The notes under the pieces: generated by a model
Database searches by the model: none
What the model was told of the DNA's origin: nothing
The model's input: the letters and a program-made list of their open reading frames with translations, nothing else
Translations under genes and position numbers: made by a program
Shown: in pieces, positions 55,551 through 55,713 of the stretch
How positions within the stretch are numbered: the first letter of the stretch is position 1
How the letters are laid out: each line of letters starts with the position of its first letter
DNA from: Candidatus Shapirobacteria bacterium CG_4_10_14_0_8_um_filter_39_15
Lineage (GTDB): Bacteria > Patescibacteriota > Microgenomatia > UM-FILTER-39-15
Assembly: GCA_002784465.1 (NCBI GenBank)
Contig: PFLE01000011.1
Span: 69,966 to 125,678, forward strand
Reading direction: 5' to 3'
DNA length: 55,713 nt

Positions 55551-55713
55551 AAAGTGTAAGCGGGCCAAAGAAATTTGATACCATTGTCCGGTCAAGAATA
55601 ACTGTTAATTCATTGATATTTTCTTTGTGAACATATCCAAACCAAGGACAAGTATCTTGATTAAGTAAAACTTTCTTAATACTGTAAAACCCTAATAACT
55701 TTTGATAGCCTTC
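55534..55713 (-). CDS. 3' end of an upstream gene running off the window
   Basis: Open frame EGYQKLLGFYSIKKVLLNQD...FGPLTLYENKN*. Its stop overlaps the next gene's start region. Confidence 0.65.
   Translation of the reverse strand, partial: EGYQKLLGFYSIKKVLLNQDTCPWFGYVHKENINELTVILDRTMVSNFFGPLTLYENKN

Noticed and set aside
71-55578. Numerous short plus-strand and out-of-frame ORFs
   Set aside because: Shadows of well-supported minus-strand genes.
1-55713. tRNA/rRNA genes or alternative genetic code 25
   Set aside because: No cloverleaf or rRNA-like sequence noticed in the short intergenic regions. TGA serves as a normal stop in coupled genes.

Overview
Chromosomal window, almost entirely minus-strand, from what looks like a Patescibacteria (CPR, Microgenomates-like) genome. 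The taxonomy is inferred from gene content: reduced dcw cluster, alpha2-type GlyRS, DUF4012 and many GT-C membrane glycosyltransferases. Left part (1-12100): mraZ-ftsL-ftsI-mraY-ftsW-murG-ftsQ-like-ftsA-ftsZ (no rsmH), a membrane-anchored hypothetical protein, glyQS, an oppositely oriented DHH phosphoesterase flanked by 43-bp direct repeats, and recO. Right part (12102-55713): a ~43 kb cell-surface glycan locus with GT2/GT4/GT-C transferases, a flippase, a ligase-like protein, and a GDP-heptose/branched deoxy-sugar module (GmhA, HddA, HddC-GmhB fusion, split transketolase, E1-like dehydratase, B12 radical SAM). The most unusual signal is a layer of short repeats. Two four-helix-bundle (23S-IVP/Avd-like) genes are each enclosed by inverted arrays of their own short unit (8-mer ATTAACGG; 7-mer GATAYTR). 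The same units, typically 4-5 copies per array, are scattered in-frame through neighbouring genes, including a cargo-less inverted copy. A small GIY-YIG nuclease sits between two diverged copies of its neighbour's 3' end. Several REP-like palindrome families also occur, some translated inside proteins. Many genes have a -10 box 6-7 nt before the start codon, suggesting leaderless mRNAs.
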